Origin: Eledone cirrhosa
Lineage: Eukaryota
Direction of reading: 5' to 3'
DNA length: 64,000 nt
Assembly: GCA_964016885.1 (NCBI GenBank)
Contig: OZ024740.1
Coordinates: forward strand, 234,546,001-234,610,000
Shown: positions 30,220 to 44,350 of the stretch, one piece after another
How positions within the stretch are numbered: position 1 is the stretch's first letter
How the letters are laid out: each line of letters opens with the position of its first letter
Notes under the pieces: model-generated
The model's database searches: none
Told to the model about the DNA's origin: nothing
What the model saw: only the letters and a program-made list of their open reading frames with translations
Position numbers and translations under genes: made by a program

Positions 30220-31181
30220 AGAGTGATGGTGGTGTTTCTTGTTACTGGTGTTGTTGTTGTTGATGATGATGGAGGATGATGGTGGATTAAGTAGTTTTGG
30301 TGGTTGTAGTGGTGGTGGCGGTGGTGGTGGTGGTGGTGGTGGTGGTGGTGGTGGTGGTGGTGGTGGTAGTGGTGGTGGTGATGGTAGTGGCGGGGTTGCT
30401 GGTTGTGGTGGTGATGGTGATGGTGCTGGTGGGGGGGGGGGGGGGGGGGAGATACATGTGGTGGTGGTGTTGCTTTGGGTAGTAGTGGTGATGCTGGTGG
30501 TGGTGATGGTGCTGGTGCTGGTGTTGGTGCTGGTGATGGGGTTGATGGTGCTGGTGCTGGTGATGAGGGTGATGGTGGTGGTGATGGTGCTGGTTATGAG
30601 GGTGATGGTGCTGGTGATGGTGCTGGTGCTGGTGCTGGTGATGGGGTTGATGGTGCTGGTGGTGATGCTGCTGCTGCTGCTGGTGATAGTGGTGATTATG
30701 GGGGTGATGGGAGAGGTGATTGTGGTCGTGGCGGTGGTGGTGATGAATGTGATGGTGGTGGTGGGGCTGGTGGTGATAGTGGTAGTGGTGTTGCTGGTAG
30801 TGCTGGTGGTGGTGATGACGGTGGTGGTGGTAGTTTAAATAGTGTTGCTCTTAGTGGAGGGGTATTGTTGTTGGTGGTGGTGGTAGGTTGATGATGATGA
30901 TGTTTGGGTATTTTCTTAGGTGGTGGTGGTGGTGTTGGTGATGGTGATGGTGGTAGTGGTGATGATGGTGGTGGTGGCGGTGGTGATGGTGATGGTGGTA
31001 GTGGTGATGATGGTGGTGGTGGTGGTGATGGTGGTGGTGATAGTGGTGATGGTGATGGTGATAGTGGTAGTGGTGATGATGATGGTGGTGGTGGTGGTGA
31101 TAGTGGTGGGAGAGATGATGGTGGTGGTGGTGATAGTGGTGGAGGAGATGGTGATAGTGGTAGTGGTGATGGTTTAAATAG

Positions 31182-31212
<31 letters not shown>

Positions 31213-31316
31213 GGTGGTGGTAGTGGTGGTGGTGATAGTGGTGGGGGAGATGATGGTGGTGGTGGTGATAGTGGTGGGGGAGATGGTGATAGTGGTAGTG
31301 GTGATGGTTTAAATAG

Positions 31317-31347
<31 letters not shown>

Positions 31348-32110
31348 GGTGGTGGTGGTAGTGGTGGTGGTACGTTGTTGATGATGATGGCGGTTAGGTA
31401 ATCTCTGTGGTGGTGGTGGTTGTGGTGGTGGTGGTGGTGGTGGGGGTACGTTGTTGATGATGATGACGGTTAGGTAATCTCTGTGGTGGTGGTGGTGGTG
31501 GTGGTGGAGGGAGAAATGGTGTTAGTGATAGTGATGATGATTTAAATAGTGTTGTTGGTGGTGGTGGTGGTGGTGGTGGTGATGGTGGTGGTGATAGGTG
31601 GTGGTTGTGGAGGTGATGGGGGGTGATGGGAGGTGATGGGGAGTGTGATAGTGGTGGTGGTGGTGATAGGGGGGTGATGGTGGCGGTTGGGGGGGGGGGT
31701 TGATAATGATGGTGGTTGGGTATTCTCTGTGGTGATGGTGGTGATGGTGGTGGTGGTGATGGTAACGAAGTTGATAATGATGGCGGTTGGGTATTCTCTG
31801 TGGTGATGGTGGCGGTGGTGGTGGTGGTGGTGGTGGTGGTGATGGTAACGAAGTTGATAATGATGGCGGTTGGGTATTCTCTGTGGTGATGGTGGCGGTG
31901 GTGGTGGTGGTGGTGGTGATGGTAACGAAGTTGATAATGATGGCGGTTGGGTATTTTCTCTGGGGATGATGGTGGCGATAGTATTGCTGTTGTTAGGGTG
32001 GTTGTGGTAGTGGTATTGTCAGTGAGAATAGGGGGTATAGGTGGTGTACATATGGCTGTGGTGGCGGGGAAAGTGTAATGGTGGTGGAGGAATGGTTGCG
32101 GTGGTGGAAA
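30220..32110. repeat. (GGT/GAT/GCT)n low-complexity trinucleotide region with internal duplications
   Basis: Visible directly; explains the poly-G/V ORFs. Confidence 0.9.
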
Positions 32111-32393
32111 GTTTGTGTAAGTGCATGTTTCAGTCGAGCGGTTGTATGTGTGGGTGTGTATGTATGTATGTATGTATGTATGTATGTATGTATGTATGTA
32201 TGTATGTATGTATGTATGTATGTATGTATGTATGTCTTAGTGTACATGTGAATGTTTTTATATGTGCATGCATGTGATTGTGGGCTTTCTTATTAGTGTA
32301 CATGGTATTGTGTAAGTATATGTATATGTGTGTGTGTGCGTATATATATATATATATATATGTACACACACAAACACACAGACGCACACACGC

Positions 32394-32447
<54 letters not shown>

Positions 32448-32759
32448 GTATACATATATACATATATATATATATTTATACAATAACACACAGACACACG
32501 CACGCATATATATATATATACACACACAAACTCACACACACACACACACACACATACACGCACACGCACACACACGCACGCACACACATAGATGTGTGTA
32601 TATGTGCGTGTGTGTTTGAAGTAGAATTTTTTTTCATTTCTACCGGCTCACGTGTATAGCTGATTGTTCGTGTGTGTATGTGTGCATATGTATAACTATG
32701 TGTGTATGGAAGGCTGTTGGGTGCTTTACCTGGCTGTACACACAATCATATGTATATAT

Positions 32760-32793
32760 ATGTGTGTGTGTGTGTGCGCGTGTGTGCGTGTGC

Positions 32794-32834
<41 letters not shown>

Positions 32835-32998
32835 TATCCACTTACCCTTCTCCGTACGCACGCAACAGCTATCCACTCAAATAGGTAGACAAACTCACAC
32901 ACACACACACACACTCACACACACACACATACTGTATATGCAAGTATATGTATGCGTGTGTATATATAAGTGAGAGTATGCACATATCTATGAGTATA

Positions 32999-33039
<41 letters not shown>

Positions 33040-33103
33040 ATGCGTGCGTGTGTGTGTGTGAGCACGTGTGTGTGTGTGTGTGTGCGTGCGTGTGTGTGTG
33101 TGA

Positions 33104-33146
<43 letters not shown>

Positions 33147-33223
33147 TGTGTGTGTGAATGTACGTATGCACTTACCCTTCGCCGTACGCACGCAACAGCT
33201 ATCCACTCAAATAGGTAGACAAA

Positions 33224-33262
<39 letters not shown>

Positions 33263-33358
33263 TGTATATGCAAGTATATGTATGCGTGTGTATATATAAG
33301 TGAGAGTATGCACATATCTATGAGTATATAAGTATATAGATATAGATATATATGTGTG

Positions 33359-33432
<74 letters not shown>

Positions 33433-33726
33433 TGCGTGTGTGTGTGTGTATATAAGTGAGAGTATGCACATATCTATGAGTATATCATTATATATGAGTA
33501 TATCATTATATATTCATCCCTATCGACCCCGTAAGGATGAAAGGCAAAGTCAATCCCGCCGAGGTTGACTTTGCCTTTCATCCTTACGGGGTCGATAAAA
33601 TAAAGTACCAGTAACGCACTGGGTAATTGCTGGCCTTGTGCCTAAAGTAGAAACAATTATATAGATATATATATATATGTGCATGTGTGTGTGTGTGTGT
33701 GTGAATGTGTGTGAGTGTGTGTGTGT

Positions 33727-33775
<49 letters not shown>

Positions 33776-33836
33776 TATCCACTTACCCTTCTCCGTACGC
33801 ACGCAACAGCTATCCACTCAAATAGGTAGACAAACT

Positions 33837-33867
<31 letters not shown>

Positions 33868-34020
33868 TGTATATGCAAGTATATGTATGCGTGTGTATAT
33901 ATAAGTGAGAGTATGCACATATCTATGAGTATATAAGTATATAGATATAGATATATATATATATATGTGTGTGTGTATGCGTGCGTGTGTGTGTGTGAGC
34001 ACGTGTGTGTGTGTGTCTGC

Positions 34021-34055
<35 letters not shown>

Positions 34056-34140
34056 TGTGTGTGTGTATGTGTGAATGTACGTATGCACTTACCCTTCTCC
34101 GTACGCACGCAACAGCTATCCACTCAAATAGGTAGAGAAA

Positions 34141-34177
<37 letters not shown>

Positions 34178-34277
34178 TGTATATGCAAGTATATGTATGC
34201 GTGTGTATATATAAGTGAGAGTATGCACATATCTATGAGTATATAATTATATATATATATATATATATATATGTGTG

Positions 34278-34340
<63 letters not shown>
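32760..34340. repeat. Composite minisatellite: four copies of a unique core separated by (GT)/(CA)/(TA) tracts
   Basis: Core GTACGTAT(C/G)CACTTACCCTTC..CACTCAAATAGGTAG at ~32830, 33160, 33771 and 34077. Confidence 0.9.
33521..33660 (+). mobile_element. 5'-truncated SINE family A with fold-back inverted duplication
   Basis: 33-bp perfect arms at 33521-33553 and 33565-33597, then the normal 3' end. Confidence 0.8.
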
Positions 34341-34341
<1 letters not shown>

Positions 34342-34647
34342 CCCCTCTCAGATTCACACACTTATTGTGTTCAACACCCACTATAAAGGTAACTAGTCTA
34401 TCTTTTCGCGATACTATTAAGCCAGGAACTTTTCAGTACCCTGGTATATATACTGTATATATACTGTATATATATATATATATATATACTGTATATATAT
34501 ATATCTATATATATATATCAATGATATTAATATTTATCAATATCATTAATATCATTGATTATATACTCCAGAAAAGTTGTAGAGTGCTTCGAATCTGTTA
34601 TAAATAAATTTGTTGAATAACCAACAAATTAAATATCTCTTAGCTGA

Positions 34648-34692
<45 letters not shown>

Positions 34693-34894
34693 AACGAGTA
34701 GGACCCCGACGGCTGAGCTCAAGCCGTTTCGACGGCTAATTCTGGACTAAAAATTTTAGTCCAGAATTAGCCATCGAAACGGCTTGAGCTCAGCCGTCGG
34801 GGTCCTACTCGTTCCTATTACCCACTCTACTACCCTAAGTATTGAGTACTTTGGTGCGTTATGGTCCACCTGGTTCCTTACCACATTTCCTCCG

Positions 34895-34976
<82 letters not shown>

Positions 34977-35075
34977 TGAGTGTGCCACAAAATTATAAAT
35001 ACTTGATTAGAATGCTGTTGAAGTGTGAATATATTTTGGGGGACACAATGTGTATATATATATATATATATATTT

Positions 35076-35156
<81 letters not shown>

Positions 35157-35196
35157 GTATATATATATATAAAAATATATATATATATATACATTT

Positions 35197-35255
<59 letters not shown>

Positions 35256-35623
35256 TAAAAATATGTTGACAATCTTTTAATAATGTCTTCCTTGTGAAGT
35301 TTGTGGTCTTCTTTTTCTTAACTAATGAATATATATATATATATATATATATATAAGCAAATATATATATATATATGCAAAAGTTCTATTTAAAATTGTT
35401 GGGATACAACAAGTAAATATTTTTATAACTGATATGAAGCACTCGACAAGTATTTGGAGTAGATATACGATATTAATAAATGGAAACTATATTTATAAAA
35501 CCATATTTATTTCATTATACATATTTCAGGGATACCAAATTAAATTATGGTATGCCTTCCAAAAACAATGGTTGCATTTTAATAGGGTACCCCAAAGTTT
35601 ATTTGTAAAACTGTTATATATTG

Positions 35624-35688
35624 TATTTTATCTGAAGAAAGCACACCATAATTTAACTTGGTATCCCTGAAATATGTATAATGAAATA
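35624..35688 (+). ncRNA. Hammerhead ribozyme motif
   Basis: TATTTTAT-CTGAAGA-(imperfect stem II)-GAA-ATATGTAT-A-ATGAAATA. Confidence 0.65.
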
Positions 35689-35727
35689 AATATGGTTTTA
35701 TAAATATAGTTTCCATTTATTAATATC

Positions 35728-35822
<95 letters not shown>

Positions 35823-35982
35823 TATGTATGTTTGTATGTCTTTACTTGCATGTGTGTATATGCATACATTAGGTTTTTTAATATAATATGCGGGTTATTG
35901 CTTGTACAGAGACGTACGTGTGCATCAGGAGGTTGCTGCAGTCTTATGTATATATGTGTATATGTATATATATATATATATT

Positions 35983-36075
<93 letters not shown>

Positions 36076-36104
36076 GTATATATATATATGTATATATATA
36101 TATG

Positions 36105-36244
<140 letters not shown>

Positions 36245-36340
36245 TGTATGTATATATATGTATATATATGTATATATATATATATAAATTAATAAAATAA
36301 TGAATAAACAAAGAAACAGTTCCTTATATTAAAAAAATTC

Positions 36341-36478
36341 ATCATTTTACGATCGTTTCTAGTATATATATGTGTTAGAGTTGGTATGCATATTCTATAG
36401 ATCTATGTACAATATTTATACAAACTATCAGAGGGAATATACATACCTACACATATATATGCTGTCTTCAGAAATAAT
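36341..36478 (-). ncRNA. Hammerhead ribozyme motif with ~105-nt extended stem II
   Basis: ATTATTT-CTGAAGA-long hairpin-GAA-ACGATCGT-A-AAATGAT. Confidence 0.65.
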
Positions 36479-36621
36479 ATATATATATATATATTTTTTT
36501 TTTTTTAATACAAATATTAATAAAATACAAATACTAATATATATATATAATATATATATATATAATATATATATATATACAATATATTAATAAATGGAAA
36601 CTATATTTATAAAACCATAAT

Positions 36622-36687
36622 TATTTTATTATATATATTTCAAGGGTGACCAGGGTAAATTATGGCGCGCTTTCATCAGATAAAATA
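36622..36687 (-). ncRNA. Hammerhead ribozyme motif
   Basis: TATTTTAT-CTGATGA-AAG..CTT-GAA-ATATATAT-A-ATAAAATA; perfect 8-bp stem I. Confidence 0.75.
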
Positions 36688-37220
36688 CAGATTTGTTTTA
36701 TAAATAAATATTGACATACCCGGAAAAAAGACAACCTCAACGGTTGAAATTCGCTGGATATATTTATTAATATATTGTATATTTACTCTACTAACTTGTT
36801 GAGTGCTTTATATCAGTTATAAAAAATGTTTAAGCTTGTTGAATCCCAACAAATTAAATATAACCTCTGCATATATATATATATATGAAAAAAGTTTGTC
36901 CTTCATCAGTGATCTTCCAACCATCATAGGCATTTCATCGCTTTAAAGACCATATACATCCGGTTGGTGCGAGCAACGGCTAAAAAAAGTCGTTGGGACA
37001 CGTAAATAAAGGGGACGCGAGGGTAAACAAACAAAATGGTGAAGCAACAGAAAGTGAAGAAGAAGGAGAGAAGTCCCAAATTTCTATGAATTTAAATTCG
37101 GTGAAATCGTGAACGAGAGAATAAAGACCATCAAACCTGGTTGAAATGTGAGCAAGGAAGGAATTTCGCACAGGTCTAACGGGAGGATGCATATATATAG
37201 TGTGCATTTATGTATATATA

Positions 37221-37264
<44 letters not shown>

Positions 37265-37457
37265 TGTATTTATGTAGCTCTGGTTGATTTGAAATTTTTG
37301 AAAATCTAGTATTCCCAAATACAAGAAGTAACTCTAATAACAGTCTATCGCTATAAATAATAGCTTTGAAAATCTGGTAAAATGCCTCTATTGTCTGAGT
37401 TTGGAATTCCTACATTTCATATATATATGCGTGCGTATGCGTATATATATATGTGTA

Positions 37458-37518
<61 letters not shown>

Positions 37519-37601
37519 TTGTGTGTGTATGTGTTTGTGTATGTATGTGTATGTATAAATACGTATATATATGTGTATGTGTATATACGTATATATATGT
37601 A

Positions 37602-37659
<58 letters not shown>

Positions 37660-37660
<1 letters not shown>

Positions 37661-37878
37661 TACAGTCGATCGACTTTTTTGTCAAATCGGACCGAGGAAA
37701 CGATGTTTCCATTGGTCTTTCTAATTGCTAATACTCTCGGTCGCAACTCCAGGTAGAAGGAGCAACGTGAAATAAAGTGTCTTGCCTAAGGACATAACGC
37801 ATCGCCTGGTCCAGGAATCGAACTCACAACCTCACGATTGCGAATCCAATTCTCTAACCCCTCAGCCACGCGCCTTCA
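37660..37878 (-). mobile_element. tRNA-derived SINE family B (CORE-like body) in (TA)n
   Basis: A box TGGCTGAGGGG, B box GTTCGATTCC, TGTCCTTAGGCAAGACACTT; homolog at 44167. Confidence 0.8.
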
Positions 37879-37902
37879 TATATATATATATATATATATG
37901 TG

Positions 37903-37958
<56 letters not shown>

Positions 37959-38009
37959 AATATATATATATATGTATATGTGTGTGTGTGTGTGTGTATA
38001 TATGTATAT

Positions 38010-38081
<72 letters not shown>

Positions 38082-38959
38082 CTTTTTGTGTGACTAGGGC
38101 AAAGATCAATTTAGAGGTCAGAGACTGCTAGTCGATATTGGTGTGATCTGGTCATATTCTTAGCAGTTAGTGTAGGAGTACTACATATGGTGTAGTACGT
38201 GGTGTATAGTGGCGTGGTGGTTTGTGTTGTAGAGTGACAGTGCGCAGTAGAATCTCGTGTTGTGTAGTGTAGTGAGGTGGTTTATAGAAGAGTCTGTGTG
38301 GTGTGGTGTGGTGTGGTGTGGTGTGGTAACGTGTACTGCAGGGTGTTATTGTTTGGTATAATGTGATGTGACGGAGTGTAGTTTGGTAGATTGCTGCTGT
38401 TTAACCCCTGGTCAGCCCTGATGAAGCCAACCTACGATGAAAAACATTCCAGCCGTGATAGTCCCGTCGTTTAGGTCTATCTTGCAACGCATCATACCAT
38501 GCACCCTTTCTATATTAAGACTGTCGATCGTTAAACTTGAAGGTGATTTGGTTGCTGTTTTTAGCAAGTCGTGCGTCTGTATAGAGGTTTCCTTAAGCGT
38601 ACAGGGTAATGTGCTGTGGTGGAGTCTTCAGTTATGTCGTAGTGTTATATGAAGGAGTGCAGTTTCATATAGTGATATGGTGCAGTGTAGCCACTGGCAA
38701 GCCTTGATTGAACAGACCTGTTTTCAAAGGTGTTCCACCCATGATTATCACACCTTTCTTTTAAAAAAACCATACAGGGAGATTTGAGGGATATTTGGCC
38801 GCTATTTCTAGCAGGTTGACCCAGCACACTGAGATCTTCTCTGCGGTTTAGTGCAGTGTACTGTAATATAGTGGATATAGGTATTGCTGTTATTTAGACA
38901 TATGTCGGTCCTAGTGGGCAGACCTATAATCAGAACCCAAAAGTTCTAAAGCCTATAAC

Positions 38960-39545
38960 CATCCTGCCACCACACGACACCACACCATACTACAGCACGT
39001 AACACAACACCATACCACACTACATCCCACAACATCAAACCACAATACACAACACTACATTACACTACACCACACTACATCCCACAACATCAAACCACAA
39101 TACACAACACTACACCACACTACATCCCACAACATCAAACCACAATACACAACACTACATTACACTACACCACACTACAATATACCACATTACACCACAC
39201 TACATCCCACAACATCAAACCACAATACACAACACTATACCACACTACATCCCACAACATCAAACCACAATACACAACACTATACCACACTACACCACAC
39301 TATACCACATTACACTACACCACACTACACAACCTTGCACCACACTGCATCACGCCATACGTCACACTACAGCACATTACACTGCATCTCGTTACATTAG
39401 ACTCCAGTACACTACCCTACGCCACACAACAACTCACTATACTACACCTCACAACATTACACTAGACGACGCCAAATAATACTACACTGCAGCACACGAC
39501 ATCACACTATACCACACAACACAACACCGCTATACACCATACCAA
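38960..39545. repeat. CACTA/CACCA pentamer-derived minisatellite
   Basis: Repeated CACTACATCCCACAACATCAAACCACAATACACAA units. Confidence 0.85.
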
Positions 39546-40059
39546 ACGGTTGGGGATGTAGTGTAGTGCAATGTGGCATAGTAATGTGGGTGGTGTAATG
39601 TGGTGTGGTGTGATTTTGGGTGGTGTTTATTGGGATAGTGTGCTGCAGAATTACAGTGTTGTCAAGATACAGTATGTCCGAGAACAAAGACGAGATGATC
39701 GTGGCTAGAATGACTTTGAATTTTGGTCTGATCAACCAGGCTCGGCCTGGAGCTAAACAATGTATTCCACGGTCGAGACTCACTGTTTTTATGGGGTCGC
39801 TTGACTTCCAAATGGCACCCAAATCTCTCACGAATTACATTGTCAAGATTATCAACACACTCTGCTCTGAGAAGCTCTCGTCTGTTCTGAATTCCAGTAT
39901 GAACTTCTGTTTTGTGATGTGATGATAATATGTAAGCGCAAGTGGACTTACCATACAGGCATTTGAATAATGTTCAGAGAGCCGTTGGTCTTGGTAATAG
40001 AAAAATATCACGAAACACACAGGTCATAGCCGCTGCTCAAAGATTGAAAATGGAATGCG

Positions 40060-41080
40060 TCAAACCTTCTTCTTCTCCCACTTATACCTGGGAAGATCGT
40101 GCGAACAGAGTCCTGAAGCACACTTTCCAACGGGCCCTGTTAGAAGCAACAGTCTCTAACTGATCTGGCTGAATCCCAAGCGAAACCAGCCGAGCTCGAG
40201 GATGTTATCCAATCATCTTGCTCGATGTCTACCCATGAGCCTTCTGCCGGCTGGTTTTGCCCGTGAAATCTATCCAGCGATTATTTCTTTAGACATTCTA
40301 ATCACATGACCATAGTATCGGAGCTGTGATCTCTAAATTCGGAGAAGTAGCAGCTCTACCTGAAGCGACTCTCTTATCTCCGAGCTACGCACGCTATCGA
40401 ATAACGTTACTCCAAAGACCCTTCGCAGGGAACCCTATTTCGACCGCTTGTATTCACGATTGTATTCTTTCAGTTATTACCCAAGTTTCATTAATAGCTA
40501 GTTTGGCTTCTACACCTACCTCTTTTCTTCTGATTACCGAATGCTGAAGCTGCCGCATTACTGCACAAGCTTCTGCAATTCTTGAACTTAATACTGCCTC
40601 CTGCGATGCATCACTTTTGTACACAGCCACGAGAAACTTGAACTTCTTCGCCTACTTCAAGGGAACTTCACACACATGTAGAATGCACTTCGCAGGCTTC
40701 TTTAAAGGGACGATTGTCTCAGTATTCGCTGCAATGATTTTCATTCCTTTCGTACAGCAGTCGACAGCAAACTTATCAAGTGCAAGTCGGAGATCACCTG
40801 ACGAGTTACGTAATGCCATGTCTTCCGCAAATTTGTGCATCATAGCTGAGAATTAAAAATAAACAGACCTCTGGCCCCCCAACAGTCAGCAATCTATCAG
40901 TCTGTCTCATCCGGAAGCTCCGGTTGGTTTAAGGGCCCACCCGCTTTTGTGTATAACAGTAACCAACAGTCTGTTAGACTGTTTCTCCCAGATGTTCAGG
41001 ACAGTTTTAAGAACCAGTCAGCATTCTTTTAATCTGTCAGCCGGATGCTCGGGCAGGTTTGAAGATCCAGTTAGCTTTTA
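40060..41080 (-). pseudogene. Decayed RTE-like LINE reverse-transcriptase C-terminal fragment
   Basis: FAEDMAL (degenerate YADD)..LALDKFAVDC..GMKI..TETIV; EKFKFL; SRIAEA; ETWVIT..RIQAVE; SQLRY.GHVIRM. Confidence 0.6.
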
Positions 41081-41735
41081 TGTAAGCATAAAAAATATCA
41101 TCATCAGTGTAGTGTGGTATAGTGTAATGTACTTTGAAATTGTGTGTCAGTGTGTGTGTGTTTGTGTCTGTGTGTGTGCGTGAGTGTGTGTGTGTGTGTG
41201 TGTGTGCGTAAGTATGTGTGTAAGTGTGTGTGCGTGTGTGTGTGTTTAGTCCTAGCTAGGACTTGACTAAGAAGACCAATGACTAAAGGAGTCTTATATT
41301 TTCGTATGGCAGGAGGTTGTTGCACTCTCATGCTCTTTCTCACTCGCCCCTCTCCCTATCTCTCTCTCCCGCTCTCTCTCTCTCTCTTTCTCTCTTTTTG
41401 TATACACATACATACAGGCAAATATACATACATACATACATACAAACATACATATAAGAGTGCGTCTGAGTAAATGGATGTGTGTCAATGAACATATATA
41501 TGTGTGTGCGCGTGTGTCTACTTCATACAGAATGCGAAGTTAGTGTTATCCCAATCATCTAAGTAGTGAAATAATAATGAAACATACCATCACCACTATC
41601 ACACTATAATTACTAGCATACTTCGCACCAGATGCAATCTCAGTTGGAAGCCATTGAAAGGCGTGTGGTGACAGTCTGTCTAAAATCTCAATCTTCCAAT
41701 ATAGGTAGATATTTATCTGGGTCCTGATATGGCTA

Positions 41736-42011
<276 letters not shown>

Positions 42012-42477
42012 TATGTACACGTACATACATATAGGTATACAGACGTACAGTAGTATGTATAAATATATATATATATACATACATGCACACATATATATAT
42101 ATATGCACGTATGGATTCACCGAACATTTATTATAATGCTTGGTGTGTTTGTAAACAAACATCCCGTATTAAGCCGTAGTGTCTAGCAACCATCGTTGCT
42201 CGTTTGTTCAACACTGACAAAGGAACGCTGCACTAGATTCAAGCTTATTAGCTATCGTCAGCAACGTATACCTTCCTGCCAGATTGTTGAACGTATATAC
42301 TTACCTTATGCATATTAACGGCTGAGTAGCCCAATTTGCATATCGAGTGGGTTAATCCCGCCGGGTGCACCGATTAACCCACTCGATATGCAAATTGCGA
42401 ATTCCTGTCCGTCTGTTCGCGTCCGCGTCTCTTTCTAGTTTATAGACGAAGCTATTTGTACTATATATATATCTATC

Positions 42478-42545
<68 letters not shown>

Positions 42546-42546
42546 C

Positions 42547-42624
<78 letters not shown>

Positions 42625-42651
42625 GTATATATATATATACATATATATATT

Positions 42652-42794
<143 letters not shown>

Positions 42795-43089
42795 ATATAA
42801 GAGTAACCAATCTTAAAGAGAGAGATGGAGATAGTAGAGGAGATATGAGAGGAGAGATTGGTGAGTTAGTTAGAAGCCAAAGCGTAAAGGCATGTGCTCA
42901 ATGTGCAATATGCAGTAGAAAGCAGCTAGGTGGCTGGGTTCATGCAGAAGTTAGGTGCGCAGAGCTGGAAATATTCATTAGTTAAGCAAAACAAGACCAC
43001 AAATTTCACAAGGAAGACATTATTAAAAGATTGTCAACATATTTTAGTTTGATGTAAGGAATGTAGAGAATAATAATAATAATATTAAT

Positions 43090-43276
43090 AATAATTGTTT
43101 CTACTTTTTGGCACGAGGCCAGCAATTACCCAGTGCATTACTGGTACTTTATTTTATCGACCCCGTAAGGATGAAAGGCAAAGTCAACCTCAGCGGAATT
43201 TGAACTCAGATCGTTAAGGGACGTAACTATGCTGGAAAGCATGGCGTCCGACCCTCTACCGATACTGCCAATCCAC
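43090..43276 (-). mobile_element. SINE family A with (ATT)n tail
   Basis: Same family; (AAT)n at 43068-43095. Confidence 0.85.
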
Positions 43277-43283
43277 AATGTCC

Positions 43284-43403
43284 GTTTACAATTGTTTCGC
43301 TACTCCATATAATATTTCTGGATCAGATGACTATATATCATAATTGATCTGGTTCAGTTGAAAATAATTAACATATTTAAAAAACAGAGTGGCTCATCGG
43401 AAC
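43284..43403 (-). ncRNA. Variant or degenerate hammerhead motif with long stem II
   Basis: GTT-CCGATGA-GCCACTC...GAGTAGC-GAA-ACAATTGT-A-AAC; core U4-to-C change. Confidence 0.5.
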
Positions 43404-43569
43404 TTCAAAGGAATATAAATTAAAATAATGGGATAATGTTACATAATAATGTTCCATATATTGGTTTTTACTGTGGTGTCTTGGTTGCATCAGTTGTCAG
43501 CCATAATCAAGCAGTATTCATCTGTCGAGGCTGCATTGTATGAGATCTGCCTATGGGTAACCATGGGTA

Positions 43570-43572
<3 letters not shown>

Positions 43573-43622
<50 letters not shown>

Positions 43623-43671
43623 TGTATATATATATATATATATACTGTATATATATATATATATATATATA

Positions 43672-43751
<80 letters not shown>

Positions 43752-43767
43752 TGTATATATATATATA

Positions 43768-43815
<48 letters not shown>

Positions 43816-43860
43816 TATATATATATATATATACATACACAGTATATATATATATATATA

Positions 43861-43948
<88 letters not shown>

Positions 43949-44001
43949 TATATATATGTATATATATATATACTGTGTATGTATATATATATATATATAT
44001 A

Positions 44002-44037
<36 letters not shown>

Positions 44038-44070
44038 TATACATATATATACAGTATATATATATATACA

Positions 44071-44160
<90 letters not shown>
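43573..44160. repeat. Long (TA)n/TACTG/(GA)n microsatellite, representative of many dinucleotide tracts in the window
   Basis: Visible directly. Confidence 0.95.
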
Positions 44161-44164
<4 letters not shown>

Positions 44165-44166
44165 GG

Positions 44167-44350
44167 TGAAGGAGCGTGGCTGGGTTTGTTAGAGAATTGG
44201 ATTCGCAATCGTAAGGTTGTGAGTTCGATTCCTGGACAGGGCGATGCGTTATGTTCTTGAGCAAGACTCTTTATTTCATGTAGTTCCTTCTACCTGGAGT
44301 TGCGACCGATAGATAGTATTAGCAATTGGAAAGTCGATCGACTGTCAGTA
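44167..44350 (+). mobile_element. SINE family B
   Basis: Homologous to 37660-37878. Confidence 0.8.

Noticed and set aside
30239-31969. Gly-rich or Val-rich ORFs
   Set aside because: Translations of (GGT)n low-complexity DNA, open in several frames, with no supporting gene structure.
32840-32872. Repeated micro-exon (AG..AGG|GTAAGT on the minus strand) in the minisatellite core
   Set aside because: Weak acceptor, 23-nt length and no other gene evidence.
37800-37878. tRNA gene
   Set aside because: A/B boxes continue into a SINE body and there is no acceptor stem.
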